From positions 7,815 to 71,814 of the forward strand of contig SVNM01000001.1 of the NCBI GenBank assembly GCA_015066875.1: a stretch of DNA of 64,000 nt, given 5' to 3'. The position numbers were made by a program, and so were the translations under genes. Position 1 is the stretch's first letter, and each line of letters starts with the position of its first letter. The DNA comes from Ruminococcus sp. (GTDB lineage Bacteria; Bacillota; Clostridia; Oscillospirales; Ruminococcaceae). The notes beneath the pieces are model-generated. The model was not told the DNA's origin, made no database searches, and saw only the letters and a program-made list of their open reading frames with translations. This document shows, in pieces, positions 20,180 to 29,866 of this stretch.

Positions 20180-20867
20180 TTTCCGCTATATTGATGAAAA
20201 CCTGGAAAGAATAAGGTATAATATTGCAGAGGCTTGTGCAAAATACAGAACTGCCGATGAAAAGGTCAGACTTATGGCTGTAACAAAGACTGTTTCTGTT
20301 GAAGCGATAAACCACGCTGTTTTTCAGGGAGTTGACCTTCTCGGTGAAAACAGGGTTCAGGAATATCAGTCAAAGTGCGCAGGCTACAATAAAAGCGCTG
20401 AGGTTCAGTTTATAGGAAGCCTTCAGACAAATAAAGTAAAGTATATTATCAATTCCGTGTCGATGATACAGTCGGTAGACAGTATCAGACTTGCAATGGA
20501 AATAAATCGCCTTGCCAAAGCCAATAATAAGGTTATGGATATCCTCTGCGAAGTCAATATCGGCGATGAGGATAGTAAGGGCGGAATTAAGGCAGGGGAT
20601 ACTTATGATTTCCTCAGCGAGATTGCCTGCCTTGAAAATATCAGGGTAAAGGGACTTATGACGATCCCTCCCCCCTGGGAAAGCGATGTTCATCTGGGAA
20701 ATATGCAGGAGCTTTTTGAAAATGTGAAAAGTAAGAGTATTCACGGTGTGGATATGGAGATACTTTCAATGGGTATGTCGGGCGACTACGCTCAGGCAAT
20801 CAGATATGGCTCTACGCTTGTGCGTATAGGCTCAGGCCTGTTCGGAGCAAGAAACTATAATAAATAA
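20169..20867 (+). CDS. yggS: PLP homeostasis protein
   Basis: MAVTKT, GENRVQE, FIGSLQTNKVK, LSMGMSGDY, VRIGS. Confidence 0.95.
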   Translation: MGNDFRYIDENLERIRYNIAEACAKYRTADEKVRLMAVTKTVSVEAINHAVFQGVDLLGENRVQEYQSKCAGYNKSAEVQFIGSLQTNKVKYIINSVSMIQSVDSIRLAMEINRLAKANNKVMDILCEVNIGDEDSKGGIKAGDTYDFLSEIACLENIRVKGLMTIPPPWESDVHLGNMQELFENVKSKSIHGVDMEILSMGMSGDYAQAIRYGSTLVRIGSGLFGARNYNK

Positions 20868-20953
20868 TGCAGAAAAACTGCTGAAAGAGTCCGGAGTATT
20901 CCGCATTTAAACTTCGGATTAATAAATAATAATGCGGAGAACGGAGAAATATT

Positions 20954-21400
20954 ATGAAACTTTTTGACAACATCAAGGAATTCTTCCTTTCAGACGAGGA
21001 CGACGACGATCAGGCTGATATCCCTACTCCCCGTCACGAGCGCAATTACGGAAATGACAACGACGAACCCGCTTCTTCAGGCGAGGGCAGAAGAAACAAG
21101 GTAGTGAACATTCAGACAACAGCTCAGCTTCAGGTCGTTCTTGTAAAGCCTTCAGCTTTCACAGACGCTAAGCAGATCGCTGATCACCTTATCGCTAAGA
21201 AAACTGTTGTTCTTAACCTTGAAACGGCTTCACCTGAGAATAAGAGAAGAATAATCGACTTCCTCGTGGGCGTTGCTTATGCAAACGGCGGAAGCCTTAA
21301 GCCTGTAGCTAACCTCACATACATCATCACTCCCTACAATGTAGGCTTTATCGGTGAGGACCTTGTGGGCGAGCTCGAAAATAACGGCGTATTCATCTGA
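20954..21400 (+). CDS. sepF: Cell division protein SepF
   Basis: IADHL...VVLNLE...RRIIDFLVG...YIITP. Confidence 0.93.
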   Translation: MKLFDNIKEFFLSDEDDDDQADIPTPRHERNYGNDNDEPASSGEGRRNKVVNIQTTAQLQVVLVKPSAFTDAKQIADHLIAKKTVVLNLETASPENKRRIIDFLVGVAYANGGSLKPVANLTYIITPYNVGFIGEDLVGELENNGVFI

Positions 21401-22173
21401 TGAGTTTTCAGTCAGGCGGAAATTCCGCCGACAAAATGCTTGAAGCACGTATAAACGATATGTTCAGCCGGTGCGACAGGAATTTCTGTCCTGTGTATTC
21501 GTCCTTTCTTGATGAAAGACAATGCGCAGAGGCTGAGCGTCTGTGTATGAGAAATTCAGGCGGACTTCGCTATGCACTGTGGGGCGGATATGAAAATGCT
21601 CAGCGGAAAATCCTTTGCGTATTCAACGAGTACAGCGAGGATACCGTTTTTGAGGAAAGTCCCGTAAAGTGCCTTACTTTCGAGTTCCGCAAGGAGTATA
21701 AGCTCAGCCACAGGGATTTTCTCGGCTCGTTTATGGCGCTTTGTTTAAAACGTGAGGTTATAGGCGATATTGTTATTGCCGAGGGTATAGCTCAGGCCTT
21801 TGTCACGGAAGTGGCTTCAAAGCTGATTATGAATTCAGTTTCAAAAATCGGCAGAGTCGGTGTGAGCGTTTACGATGACCGTCCGTTTATACTCAGCAAT
21901 GCTCAGGAGTTTGAGGAAATCAGCGGAACAGTCGCTTCTATGAGGCTTGACTGCATTGTGGGTATGGCTTCTAAAAACAGCCGTGAAAACAGCGCAAGGC
22001 TTATCCGCTCGGAACGTGTTTCGCTTAACCATATTCCCGTAACCTCTGTTTCCTCAGAGGTGTGTGAGGGCGATATTCTTACTGTCAGAGGCAGTGGAAA
22101 ATTTATAATAGATAAAATCAACGGCACAACCAAAAAAGGACGCATACATATAAATCTGCGTAAATATAAATAA
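21400..22173 (+). CDS. ylmH: YlmH family S4 RNA-binding protein
   Basis: SHRDFLGS, VASMRLD, TKKGR. Confidence 0.92.
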   Translation: MSFQSGGNSADKMLEARINDMFSRCDRNFCPVYSSFLDERQCAEAERLCMRNSGGLRYALWGGYENAQRKILCVFNEYSEDTVFEESPVKCLTFEFRKEYKLSHRDFLGSFMALCLKREVIGDIVIAEGIAQAFVTEVASKLIMNSVSKIGRVGVSVYDDRPFILSNAQEFEEISGTVASMRLDCIVGMASKNSRENSARLIRSERVSLNHIPVTSVSSEVCEGDILTVRGSGKFIIDKINGTTKKGRIHINLRKYK

Positions 22174-22185
22174 GAGGTGAAGGTA

Positions 22186-22794
22186 ATGATTACTTCAAAA
22201 GATGTCAGAAATAAAAGATTTGAAAAAGCTGCTTTCGGTTATAAGCAGGAGGAAATCGATGAGTTTTTCGCACAGCTTGAGGCAGAGCTCGATGAAATGG
22301 AGCGCGAGCGTGCAGAAAGCAATAACAAGATTCAGATACTCGCTGATAAGGTTCGTGAGTATATGAAGGACGAGGACGCTCTTAAGGACGCTCTCCTCGG
22401 CGCTCAGAAGCAGGGTCACCAGGTAATTGCTGAGGCTAATGAAAGAGCAGAGGCTATTATCGCTGAGGCTCAGGCTAAGGCTGACGCTATGGTTGATGAG
22501 GCTACTCGTCAGCACGAAGAGGCTATGGAGCGCAACAGAGCAGAAATTGCCAAGGAAAAGGAAGCTCTTATCGTAGCTCAGCAACAGGTTGCTGATTTCA
22601 AGAAGAGCCTCTTTGATATGTATAAGAGCCACCTTGAGCTCATTTCTTCAATGCCCGAAACATTCGATGATGAAGAAGTTTATGAAACTGAAACAGCAGA
22701 GGAAATCGCTGCATCAGTAGCTGCTGAGAGCGAAAATGCATCAGCAAGAGCAATCAAGGGCGCTTATGAATCACGCTTCGGTGAAGCAGAATAA
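22186..22794 (+). CDS. divIVA: DivIVA domain protein
   Basis: MITSKDVRNKRFEKAAFGYKQEEIDEFF plus long coiled coil. Confidence 0.9.
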   Translation: MITSKDVRNKRFEKAAFGYKQEEIDEFFAQLEAELDEMERERAESNNKIQILADKVREYMKDEDALKDALLGAQKQGHQVIAEANERAEAIIAEAQAKADAMVDEATRQHEEAMERNRAEIAKEKEALIVAQQQVADFKKSLFDMYKSHLELISSMPETFDDEEVYETETAEEIAASVAAESENASARAIKGAYESRFGEAE

Positions 22795-22859
22795 TTAATC
22801 AGGAAAAATACGGCGAAAGGAGGATTTTTTGCAGATAATCTGTAAAAAATCGCAGAAAA

Positions 22860-25628
22860 ATGGCACAGGATTATAATACAACTCTTAATTTACCTATGAC
22901 AGAATTCCCAATGCGAGGCAATCTCCCTAAAAGAGAGCCCGATATGCTTGAAAAATGGGAAAATGAAAGACTTTACTATAAGATGATTGAGAAGAATCAG
23001 GGAAAGCCCACTTATATTCTTCACGACGGACCTCCCTATGCCAACGGTGAAATTCACCTTGGTACTGCTCTTAATAAGATTCTCAAGGACTTTATAGTTA
23101 AGCATAAGAATATGAGCGGATTCTGTGCGCCGTATGTACCCGGCTGGGATACGCACGGACTTCCTATCGAGCTTAAGGCTATGAAGGAAATCGGTATTGA
23201 GAATGGTGCGATTTCTCCTGTAGAGCTCAGAAAGCACTGCCGTGATTATGCAATGACTCACGTTGATAATCAGATGAAGCAGTTCAAGAGACTGGGCTCA
23301 ATCGGTGATTACGATAATCCTTATCTTACTTTAAGACACGATTATGAGGCAAGACAGATCGAAGTGTTCGGCGAAATGGCTAAGAAGGACTTTATGTATA
23401 AGGGACTTAAGCCTGTTTACTGGTGCCCCGATTGTAATACTGCTCTTGCTGAGGCTGAAATCGAGTATTCAAATGATCCCTGCCACTCAATCTATGTAAA
23501 GTTCAATGTTACAGATGACAAGGGCATCTTTACAGGTATGGGACTTGACCTTTCCAAGATCTACTTTGTAATCTGGACAACTACTACCTGGACAATCCCC
23601 GGAAACCTGGCTATCTGTCTGGGACCTGAATATAACTATACTCTCGTTAAGAACGGCGATGAGTATTATGTAATGGCTGAAGAGCTCGTTAAGACAACTA
23701 TGGAAACTGCCGGTATTACAGATTATACTACCGACGGAATCTTTACAGGTGCTGAGCTTGAAGGTATGAAAACAAAGCATCCTCTCTATGACAGACCTTC
23801 ACCGATTATCGTGGGCGATCACGTTACTCTTGAAAGCGGTACAGGCTGTGTTCATACAGCTCCCGGCTACGGTGTAGAGGACTTTGAGGTTTGTAAGAAT
23901 TACGACGATATCGGTATCCTCGTATGCGTTGACGCCAAGGGCAGACAGACTGCTGAGGCAGGCGAGTTTGAGGGTATGGATACCGATACTGCAAATAAGG
24001 CTATTGCCAAGAAGCTTGAAGAGCTTGGTGCTCTCCTTGCAATTCAGAAAATCGTCCACCAGTATCCTCACTGCTGGAGATGCCACAGCCCCATCATCTA
24101 CCGCGCTACAGAGCAGTGGTTCTGCAGTGTCAACGGCTTTAAGGATGAGGCTATCAAGGCTATTGAGAGCGTTCAGTGGATTCCCGGCTGGGGCGAGGAC
24201 AGAATCAAGGGTATGGTTCGTGACAGAAGCGACTGGTGTATCTCCCGTCAGAGAACATGGGGCGTTCCTATCCCGATTATCTACTGTAAGGACTGCGGAA
24301 AGCCTATCGTAAATGACGATACAATCAAGGCTATTGCTGACCTTTTCCGTGCTGAAGGCGCTGACGCATGGTGGGTTAAGGAAGCAAATGAGTTTATTCC
24401 TTCAACTGTAAAGTGTGACTGCGGTTGCGGTGAATTCACCAAGGAATACGATATTATGGACGTTTGGTTCGACAGCGGTGTTTCTCACTCTGCTGTTATG
24501 GAACAGTACGATTGCCTTTCATGGCCTGCTGACCTCTATCTTGAGGGCGCTGACCAGTACAGAGGCTGGTTCCAGTCATCGCTTCTCACTTCCGTTGTAT
24601 ATAAGGGCTCAGCTCCCTATAAGGCTGTCTGCACACACGGCTGGGTAGTAGACGGCGAGGGTAAGACTATGCATAAGTCTCTCGGAAACGGAATTGCTCC
24701 CAACGAGATTACCGATGTTTACGGCGCAGATATTCTTCGTCTGTGGGTAGCTTCTTCTGACTATCATTCAGATATCAGAATTTCACAGGCTATTATCAAA
24801 CAGCTTTCTGACGCTTACAAGAAGATCAGAAATACAGCAAGATTTATTCTCGGCAACCTCGGCAACGGTGAGGGCTTTAACCCCGATACAGACTGCGTAT
24901 CAGATGACAAGCTTACAGAGCTCGATAAATGGGCACTTATGCGTCTTGACGCCCTTATCGACAAGGTTAACGAGGGCTATAATTCCTTCGATTTCCATAT
25001 TGCATTCCACGCAATCCATAACTTCTGCGTAATCGATATGTCAAACTTCTATCTTGACATCATCAAGGACAGACTTTACTGCGAAAAGGAGAATTCAGAG
25101 CTTCGTCGTGCAGCTCAGACAACAATGTACAGAATTCTCAGCGCAGTAGCAAGACTTGCTGCTCCTATCATTTCCTTTACAGCAGAAGAAATCTGGCAGT
25201 TTATGCCTCATTCTGCTGATGACGATAAGCAGAGCATTTTCCTCAATCAGATGCCTGAAAAGTCAGGCCTTGAGCTCAGCGACGCTTTCGTTGAGAAGTG
25301 GAGCTTTATCTACAGCACAAGAGAAGCTGTAAATAAGGTTCTTGAGGAAGCAAGAAATGCTAAGACTATCGGTAAGTCACTTGAGGCAAACATTATAATC
25401 AAGAGCTGTGAAGCAGACTATGACAAGTATGTACAGCTTTCGGAACAGCTTGCTGAAATCCTCATTGTATCAGGAGTTTCAGTAGAAAAGTCCGAGGGTG
25501 AGACTGCATATGAGGTAGTTAAGGCAGAAGGCGAAAAGTGTGAGCGTTGCTGGTGCTATTCAAAGAGCGTCGGAAACGACAGCGAGCATCCTACACTTTG
25601 CGCAAGATGTGCAGCAGCAGTTAAGTAA
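22860..25628 (+). CDS. ileS: Isoleucyl-tRNA synthetase
   Basis: LHDGPPYANGEIHLG, WCISRQRTWG, TMHKS (KMSKS-like), C-terminal CERCW...CARC zinc finger. Confidence 0.97.
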   Translation: MAQDYNTTLNLPMTEFPMRGNLPKREPDMLEKWENERLYYKMIEKNQGKPTYILHDGPPYANGEIHLGTALNKILKDFIVKHKNMSGFCAPYVPGWDTHGLPIELKAMKEIGIENGAISPVELRKHCRDYAMTHVDNQMKQFKRLGSIGDYDNPYLTLRHDYEARQIEVFGEMAKKDFMYKGLKPVYWCPDCNTALAEAEIEYSNDPCHSIYVKFNVTDDKGIFTGMGLDLSKIYFVIWTTTTWTIPGNLAICLGPEYNYTLVKNGDEYYVMAEELVKTTMETAGITDYTTDGIFTGAELEGMKTKHPLYDRPSPIIVGDHVTLESGTGCVHTAPGYGVEDFEVCKNYDDIGILVCVDAKGRQTAEAGEFEGMDTDTANKAIAKKLEELGALLAIQKIVHQYPHCWRCHSPIIYRATEQWFCSVNGFKDEAIKAIESVQWIPGWGEDRIKGMVRDRSDWCISRQRTWGVPIPIIYCKDCGKPIVNDDTIKAIADLFRAEGADAWWVKEANEFIPSTVKCDCGCGEFTKEYDIMDVWFDSGVSHSAVMEQYDCLSWPADLYLEGADQYRGWFQSSLLTSVVYKGSAPYKAVCTHGWVVDGEGKTMHKSLGNGIAPNEITDVYGADILRLWVASSDYHSDIRISQAIIKQLSDAYKKIRNTARFILGNLGNGEGFNPDTDCVSDDKLTELDKWALMRLDALIDKVNEGYNSFDFHIAFHAIHNFCVIDMSNFYLDIIKDRLYCEKENSELRRAAQTTMYRILSAVARLAAPIISFTAEEIWQFMPHSADDDKQSIFLNQMPEKSGLELSDAFVEKWSFIYSTREAVNKVLEEARNAKTIGKSLEANIIIKSCEADYDKYVQLSEQLAEILIVSGVSVEKSEGETAYEVVKAEGEKCERCWCYSKSVGNDSEHPTLCARCAAAVK

Positions 25629-25693
25629 TCAGAAAATATTGCCTGCTGTTTTCCCAGCAGGCTGTATTTATAAATCGGAAAGGATTATCATCA

Positions 25694-26203
25694 GTGATTA
25701 TTATTCTTGTCATATCCATACTTGCTCTTATCGGAGCAGACCAGCTTGTGAAGTACTGGGCTTCAACAAGCCTTCAGCCAAAGGGAAGTATCGATTTCAT
25801 TCACTTCGGCGATTTCGAGATCATCGACCTTACCTACCTTGAAAATGACGGTGCCATTTTCGGCAGTATGTCGGGACAGCGCTGGTTTCTTATAGGCTTT
25901 ACCTCAATAGTGATAGTAGTGGGAATAGTAATGCTGTGTATGCTTTATAAACGCTCAAAGATGCTTACATCAGCTCTTGTGCTGTTTATTGCAGGCGGTA
26001 TAGGCAATCTCATTGACAGAATAAGACTCGGCTACGTTATAGATATGTTTGAGATAAAGCTCTTTGACTTCGCAATCTTCAACGTTGCGGATATCTGCGT
26101 AGTGTTTGCTGTGATATTCCTTTTTATCTACGTAATTTTTATTGATCCTAAAATAGAAAAAAGCAAGAATGCTCTTGCTGAAAAGGCGAAAGAAAATGAG
26201 TGA
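25694..26203 (+). CDS. lspA: Lipoprotein signal peptidase II
   Basis: ENDGAIF, GGIGNLIDR, VIDM, FNVAD. Confidence 0.94.
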   Translation: MIIILVISILALIGADQLVKYWASTSLQPKGSIDFIHFGDFEIIDLTYLENDGAIFGSMSGQRWFLIGFTSIVIVVGIVMLCMLYKRSKMLTSALVLFIAGGIGNLIDRIRLGYVIDMFEIKLFDFAIFNVADICVVFAVIFLFIYVIFIDPKIEKSKNALAEKAKENE

Positions 26204-27110
26204 AAAGCTTGAATTTGTTGTAACGCAGGAATGGAACGGTACTCGTATCGATAAGTATGTTTCCGAAAATGTTTCCGAGCTTACACGCTCTGCTGTTCAG
26301 GGATTGATACAGTCGGGAAGCGTTCTTGTGGGGGGAAGCACTGTTGCCAAAAGCTTCAAGGTTGAAGCGGGACAGACTGTCGAGATCTCATTTGCTCCGC
26401 CAAAGCCATTGGACGCTTTGCCTGAGGATATTCCCCTTGACATTGTCTATGAGGACGACGATCTGCTTGTGGTCAATAAGCCTCAGGGAATGGTTGTACA
26501 CCCTGCCCACGGAAATTACAGCGGTACTCTTGTAAATGCACTGCTTTTTCACTGCGGAGAGAGCCTTTCAGGTATCAATGGAGTAATCAGGCCGGGAATT
26601 GTCCACAGAATTGATAAGAATACAAGCGGACTTCTCATTGTGGCAAAGAACGATAACGCTCACCTGAAGCTTTCCGAGCAGATAAAGGCTCATAGCTTTA
26701 CCCGTGAATACGAAACAATCGCTGTGGGAGCCTTCAAAGAGCCGTCGGGAACTATAGACGCTCCTATCGGCAGACATCATATCGACCGCAAGAAAATGTG
26801 TGTTACTCAGCAGAATTCCAAAAATGCCGTTACCCATTACACTGTGCTGAAGCAGTACGGAGGTTATACTCACGTCCGCCTCAGGCTTGAAACAGGAAGA
26901 ACTCATCAGATACGCGTTCATCTTTCCTATATAGGACACCCTGTTCTTGGCGATGACGTTTACGGTAAGGCTTATAAGGGACTTGTGGGACAGTGCCTTC
27001 ACGCACGTAAAATCGGATTTATTCACCCTTCAACAGGCGAGTATCTGGAGTTTACAAGCGAGCTTCCGCAGTATTTTCAGGCGGTTCTTCGCAGACTTGA
27101 GAAAATGTAG
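26196..27110 (+). CDS. rluD: RluA-family 23S rRNA pseudouridine synthase
   Basis: S4 domain, VNKPQGMVVHP, HRIDKNTSG, GRTHQIRVH. Confidence 0.9.
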   Translation: MSEKLEFVVTQEWNGTRIDKYVSENVSELTRSAVQGLIQSGSVLVGGSTVAKSFKVEAGQTVEISFAPPKPLDALPEDIPLDIVYEDDDLLVVNKPQGMVVHPAHGNYSGTLVNALLFHCGESLSGINGVIRPGIVHRIDKNTSGLLIVAKNDNAHLKLSEQIKAHSFTREYETIAVGAFKEPSGTIDAPIGRHHIDRKKMCVTQQNSKNAVTHYTVLKQYGGYTHVRLRLETGRTHQIRVHLSYIGHPVLGDDVYGKAYKGLVGQCLHARKIGFIHPSTGEYLEFTSELPQYFQAVLRRLEKM

Positions 27111-27121
27111 GAGGAGTTTTT

Positions 27122-27949
27122 ATGTTTGAGGATATTTCAAAGGTAGTGCTTCTCAGCGATATGGACGGAACTCTGCTTAATTCAAAAAAAGAGATTTCCG
27201 ATACCGATAAAAAGGCGATAGAACGCTTTATGAGTCTGGGAGGCAAATTCACAATCGCAACAGGCAGAACAATTCACTCGTTTCACCATTATTATGATAT
27301 GCTTGAGCTGAAAATGCCTCTTATAATGTATAACGGTGCAGCGATTTACGATAAGGTAAACGATAAGGTATTGTTTGAACAGCCTCTGCCTTCTGAAGCA
27401 AAGAGGATAACTGAGGAAATTCTCGGTGTTATGCCTCATATCGGCGGAGAGGTACTCAAAACCGATGGCATTTATGTTTTCAGAAACAGCGAGTATGAGG
27501 AGCTTCATACAAAGCTTTGTATGGTTACTCCGTACTATAAAGAGCTTGATGAGATTTCAGAAGGCGATTGGCTTAAGGTGCTTTTTGCTATGGCGCCTGA
27601 GGATATTCCGTTTATCGAGCTTTTCGCAAAGCGTATGGGATACGATACAGTAAGCTTTGTAAAGTCATCGGATATTTTCTATGAGATGCTTCCTTTGGGA
27701 ACTACAAAGGGCTCTGCTCTTGCGCAATACAGAAAGCTTGAGGGTATGGAGGGTTATACCTTTGTTGCGACAGGCGATTTTGATAACGATATCGAAATGC
27801 TTGTTGAAGCTGATCTGGGAGTCGCTCCTGCAAATGCTGAGGAGACTGTAAAGAAGGTAGCAGACCTTGTGCTTGAAAACACAAATGAAACAGGCGCAAT
27901 CGCTGAGCTTATAGATATAATTATTGAAAAGTGCAGTAAGAATAACTGA
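27122..27949 (+). CDS. Cof-type HAD-IIB hydrolase
   Basis: SDMDGTLL, ATGR, KG, GDFDND motifs. Confidence 0.92.
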   Translation: MFEDISKVVLLSDMDGTLLNSKKEISDTDKKAIERFMSLGGKFTIATGRTIHSFHHYYDMLELKMPLIMYNGAAIYDKVNDKVLFEQPLPSEAKRITEEILGVMPHIGGEVLKTDGIYVFRNSEYEELHTKLCMVTPYYKELDEISEGDWLKVLFAMAPEDIPFIELFAKRMGYDTVSFVKSSDIFYEMLPLGTTKGSALAQYRKLEGMEGYTFVATGDFDNDIEMLVEADLGVAPANAEETVKKVADLVLENTNETGAIAELIDIIIEKCSKNN

Positions 27950-28017
27950 TGCACAGAATGTAAAAAAAGTATATTGCGGATATAATCCGTGAAATAAAAT
28001 AACTGATGGAGGTTATT

Positions 28018-28857
28018 ATGGACGCAACAATTAAAAACAGCCTGCAGAAAACTGCTTGCGAAGTAAGAAAAGGCGTTATCGAGGGAACTTTTAACGCTAA
28101 ATCGGGACATCCCGGCGGTTCGCTTTCAATCAGCGATACCCTGACCTATCTCTACTTTTCAAAGATGAATGTGGATCCTAAAAATCCCGATATGGACGAC
28201 AGAGACCGTCTTGTTCTTTCAAAGGGACATACTGCTCCCGCACTTTATTCAGTACTTGCTGAGAGAGGCTTTTTCTCAAAGGAAGAGCTTAAATCTCTCC
28301 GTCATATAGGTGCTCTTTTACAGGGACACCCTTGTATTCATATTCCCGGCGTTGATATGTCAAGCGGTTCACTTGGCCAGGGTATTTCAGCAGCCTGTGG
28401 AATGGCTCTTGCAGGAAAGCTTGACAGCAAGCCATATAAGGTATATGCTATCCTCGGCGACGGCGAAATCGAAGAGGGACAGGTATGGGAGGCTGCTATG
28501 TTTGCAGCTCATTACGGTCTTGATAATCTCGTTGCTATCGTTGATAATAATGGGCTTCAGATTGACGGACCTATCACAGAGGTCTGCTCACCTGAGCCTA
28601 TTACTGATAAATTCGCAGCATTCGGCTGGCACGTAATTACTATGGACGCTCACGATTTTGATGATATTGAAAGAGCTTTCAACGAAGCTGAGACAATCAG
28701 CGGAAAGCCTGTAGCTATCATTCAGAAGTCTGTAAAGGGCAAGGGCGTATCATTTATGGAAAATCAGGTTTCATGGCACGGCACAGCTCCAAATAAGGAG
28801 CAGTATGACGCTGCAATGGCAGAGCTTGACGCACAGTTAAAGGAATTGGAGGGCTAA
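28018..28857 (+). CDS. Transketolase N-terminal subunit
   Basis: SGHPGGSLS, SKGH, GSLGQG, GDGEIEEG. Confidence 0.93.
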   Translation: MDATIKNSLQKTACEVRKGVIEGTFNAKSGHPGGSLSISDTLTYLYFSKMNVDPKNPDMDDRDRLVLSKGHTAPALYSVLAERGFFSKEELKSLRHIGALLQGHPCIHIPGVDMSSGSLGQGISAACGMALAGKLDSKPYKVYAILGDGEIEEGQVWEAAMFAAHYGLDNLVAIVDNNGLQIDGPITEVCSPEPITDKFAAFGWHVITMDAHDFDDIERAFNEAETISGKPVAIIQKSVKGKGVSFMENQVSWHGTAPNKEQYDAAMAELDAQLKELEG

Positions 28858-28860
28858 GAT

Positions 28861-29808
28861 ATGGCAGATGTAATTAAAAAGGCTACAAGAGAGAGCTATG
28901 GTGAAGCTCTTAAAGAATATGCCGAGCAGTATGAAAATCTCGTAGTACTTGACGCAGACCTTGCTGCTGCTACAAAGACAGGCATCTTCAAGAAGGCTTA
29001 TCCCGATCGTTTCTTCGACTGCGGTATTGCAGAAGCTAATATGATGGGCGTTGCTGCAGGTCTTGCAGCTTGCGGAAAAATCCCCTTTGCTTCAACATTT
29101 GCAATGTTTGCAGCCGGCAGAGCTTATGAAATCGTAAGAAACTCTATCGGGTATCCCCACCTTAACGTTAAAATCGGAGCTACTCATGCCGGAATTTCTG
29201 TAGGTGAGGACGGAGCTACTCATCAGTGCAATGAGGATATCGCTCTTATGAGAACAATTCCCGGAATGACAATCATCAATCCCTGTGACGATGTAGAGGC
29301 TAAGGCTGCAGTAAAGGCTGCAATAGATTTCAATGGTCCCGTTTATATGCGTTTCGGACGTCTTGCAGTGCCTGTTATAAATGACGCCGAGACATACAAG
29401 TTTGAGCTTGGCAAGGGCGTTGTTATGAAGGAGGGCTCTGATGTAACAATTGTTGCAACAGGACTTCTCGTTAACGAAGCTTTAGAGGCTTCCAAGATTC
29501 TTGAGGCTGAGGGAATTTCAGCAAGAGTTGTAAATATCCACACAATCAAGCCTCTTGATAAGGAGCTTATCTGCAAGTGCGCTAAGGAGACAGGCGTAAT
29601 CGTTACAGCTGAGGAGCACAGCATTATCGGCGGACTTGGCTCAGCAGTTGCCGACGCAGTTACAGAGTGCTGTCCTGTACCTGTTGTAAAGATCGGTGTG
29701 AACGATGAATACGGCTATTCAGGTCCCGCTACAGAGCTTCTCAAGAAGTTCGGCCTCTGCAGTGAAAACATTGCAGTAAAGGTAAAAGAAGCTGTAAAGC
29801 TCAAGTAA
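28861..29808 (+). CDS. Transketolase C-terminal subunit
   Basis: GIAEANM, EDGATHQ, TIKPLD, EEHSIIGGLGS. Confidence 0.93.
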   Translation: MADVIKKATRESYGEALKEYAEQYENLVVLDADLAAATKTGIFKKAYPDRFFDCGIAEANMMGVAAGLAACGKIPFASTFAMFAAGRAYEIVRNSIGYPHLNVKIGATHAGISVGEDGATHQCNEDIALMRTIPGMTIINPCDDVEAKAAVKAAIDFNGPVYMRFGRLAVPVINDAETYKFELGKGVVMKEGSDVTIVATGLLVNEALEASKILEAEGISARVVNIHTIKPLDKELICKCAKETGVIVTAEEHSIIGGLGSAVADAVTECCPVPVVKIGVNDEYGYSGPATELLKKFGLCSENIAVKVKEAVKLK

Positions 29809-29819
29809 TAAAAAAGCAT

Positions 29820-29846
29820 AAGGTGGACTTTTTGTCCACCTTTTTT
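29820..29846 (+). terminator. Intrinsic terminator after transketolase
   Basis: AAGGTGGAC-TTTTT-GTCCACCTTTTTT. Confidence 0.75.
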
Positions 29847-29866
29847 GCAAAGATACAGGAGGATTT

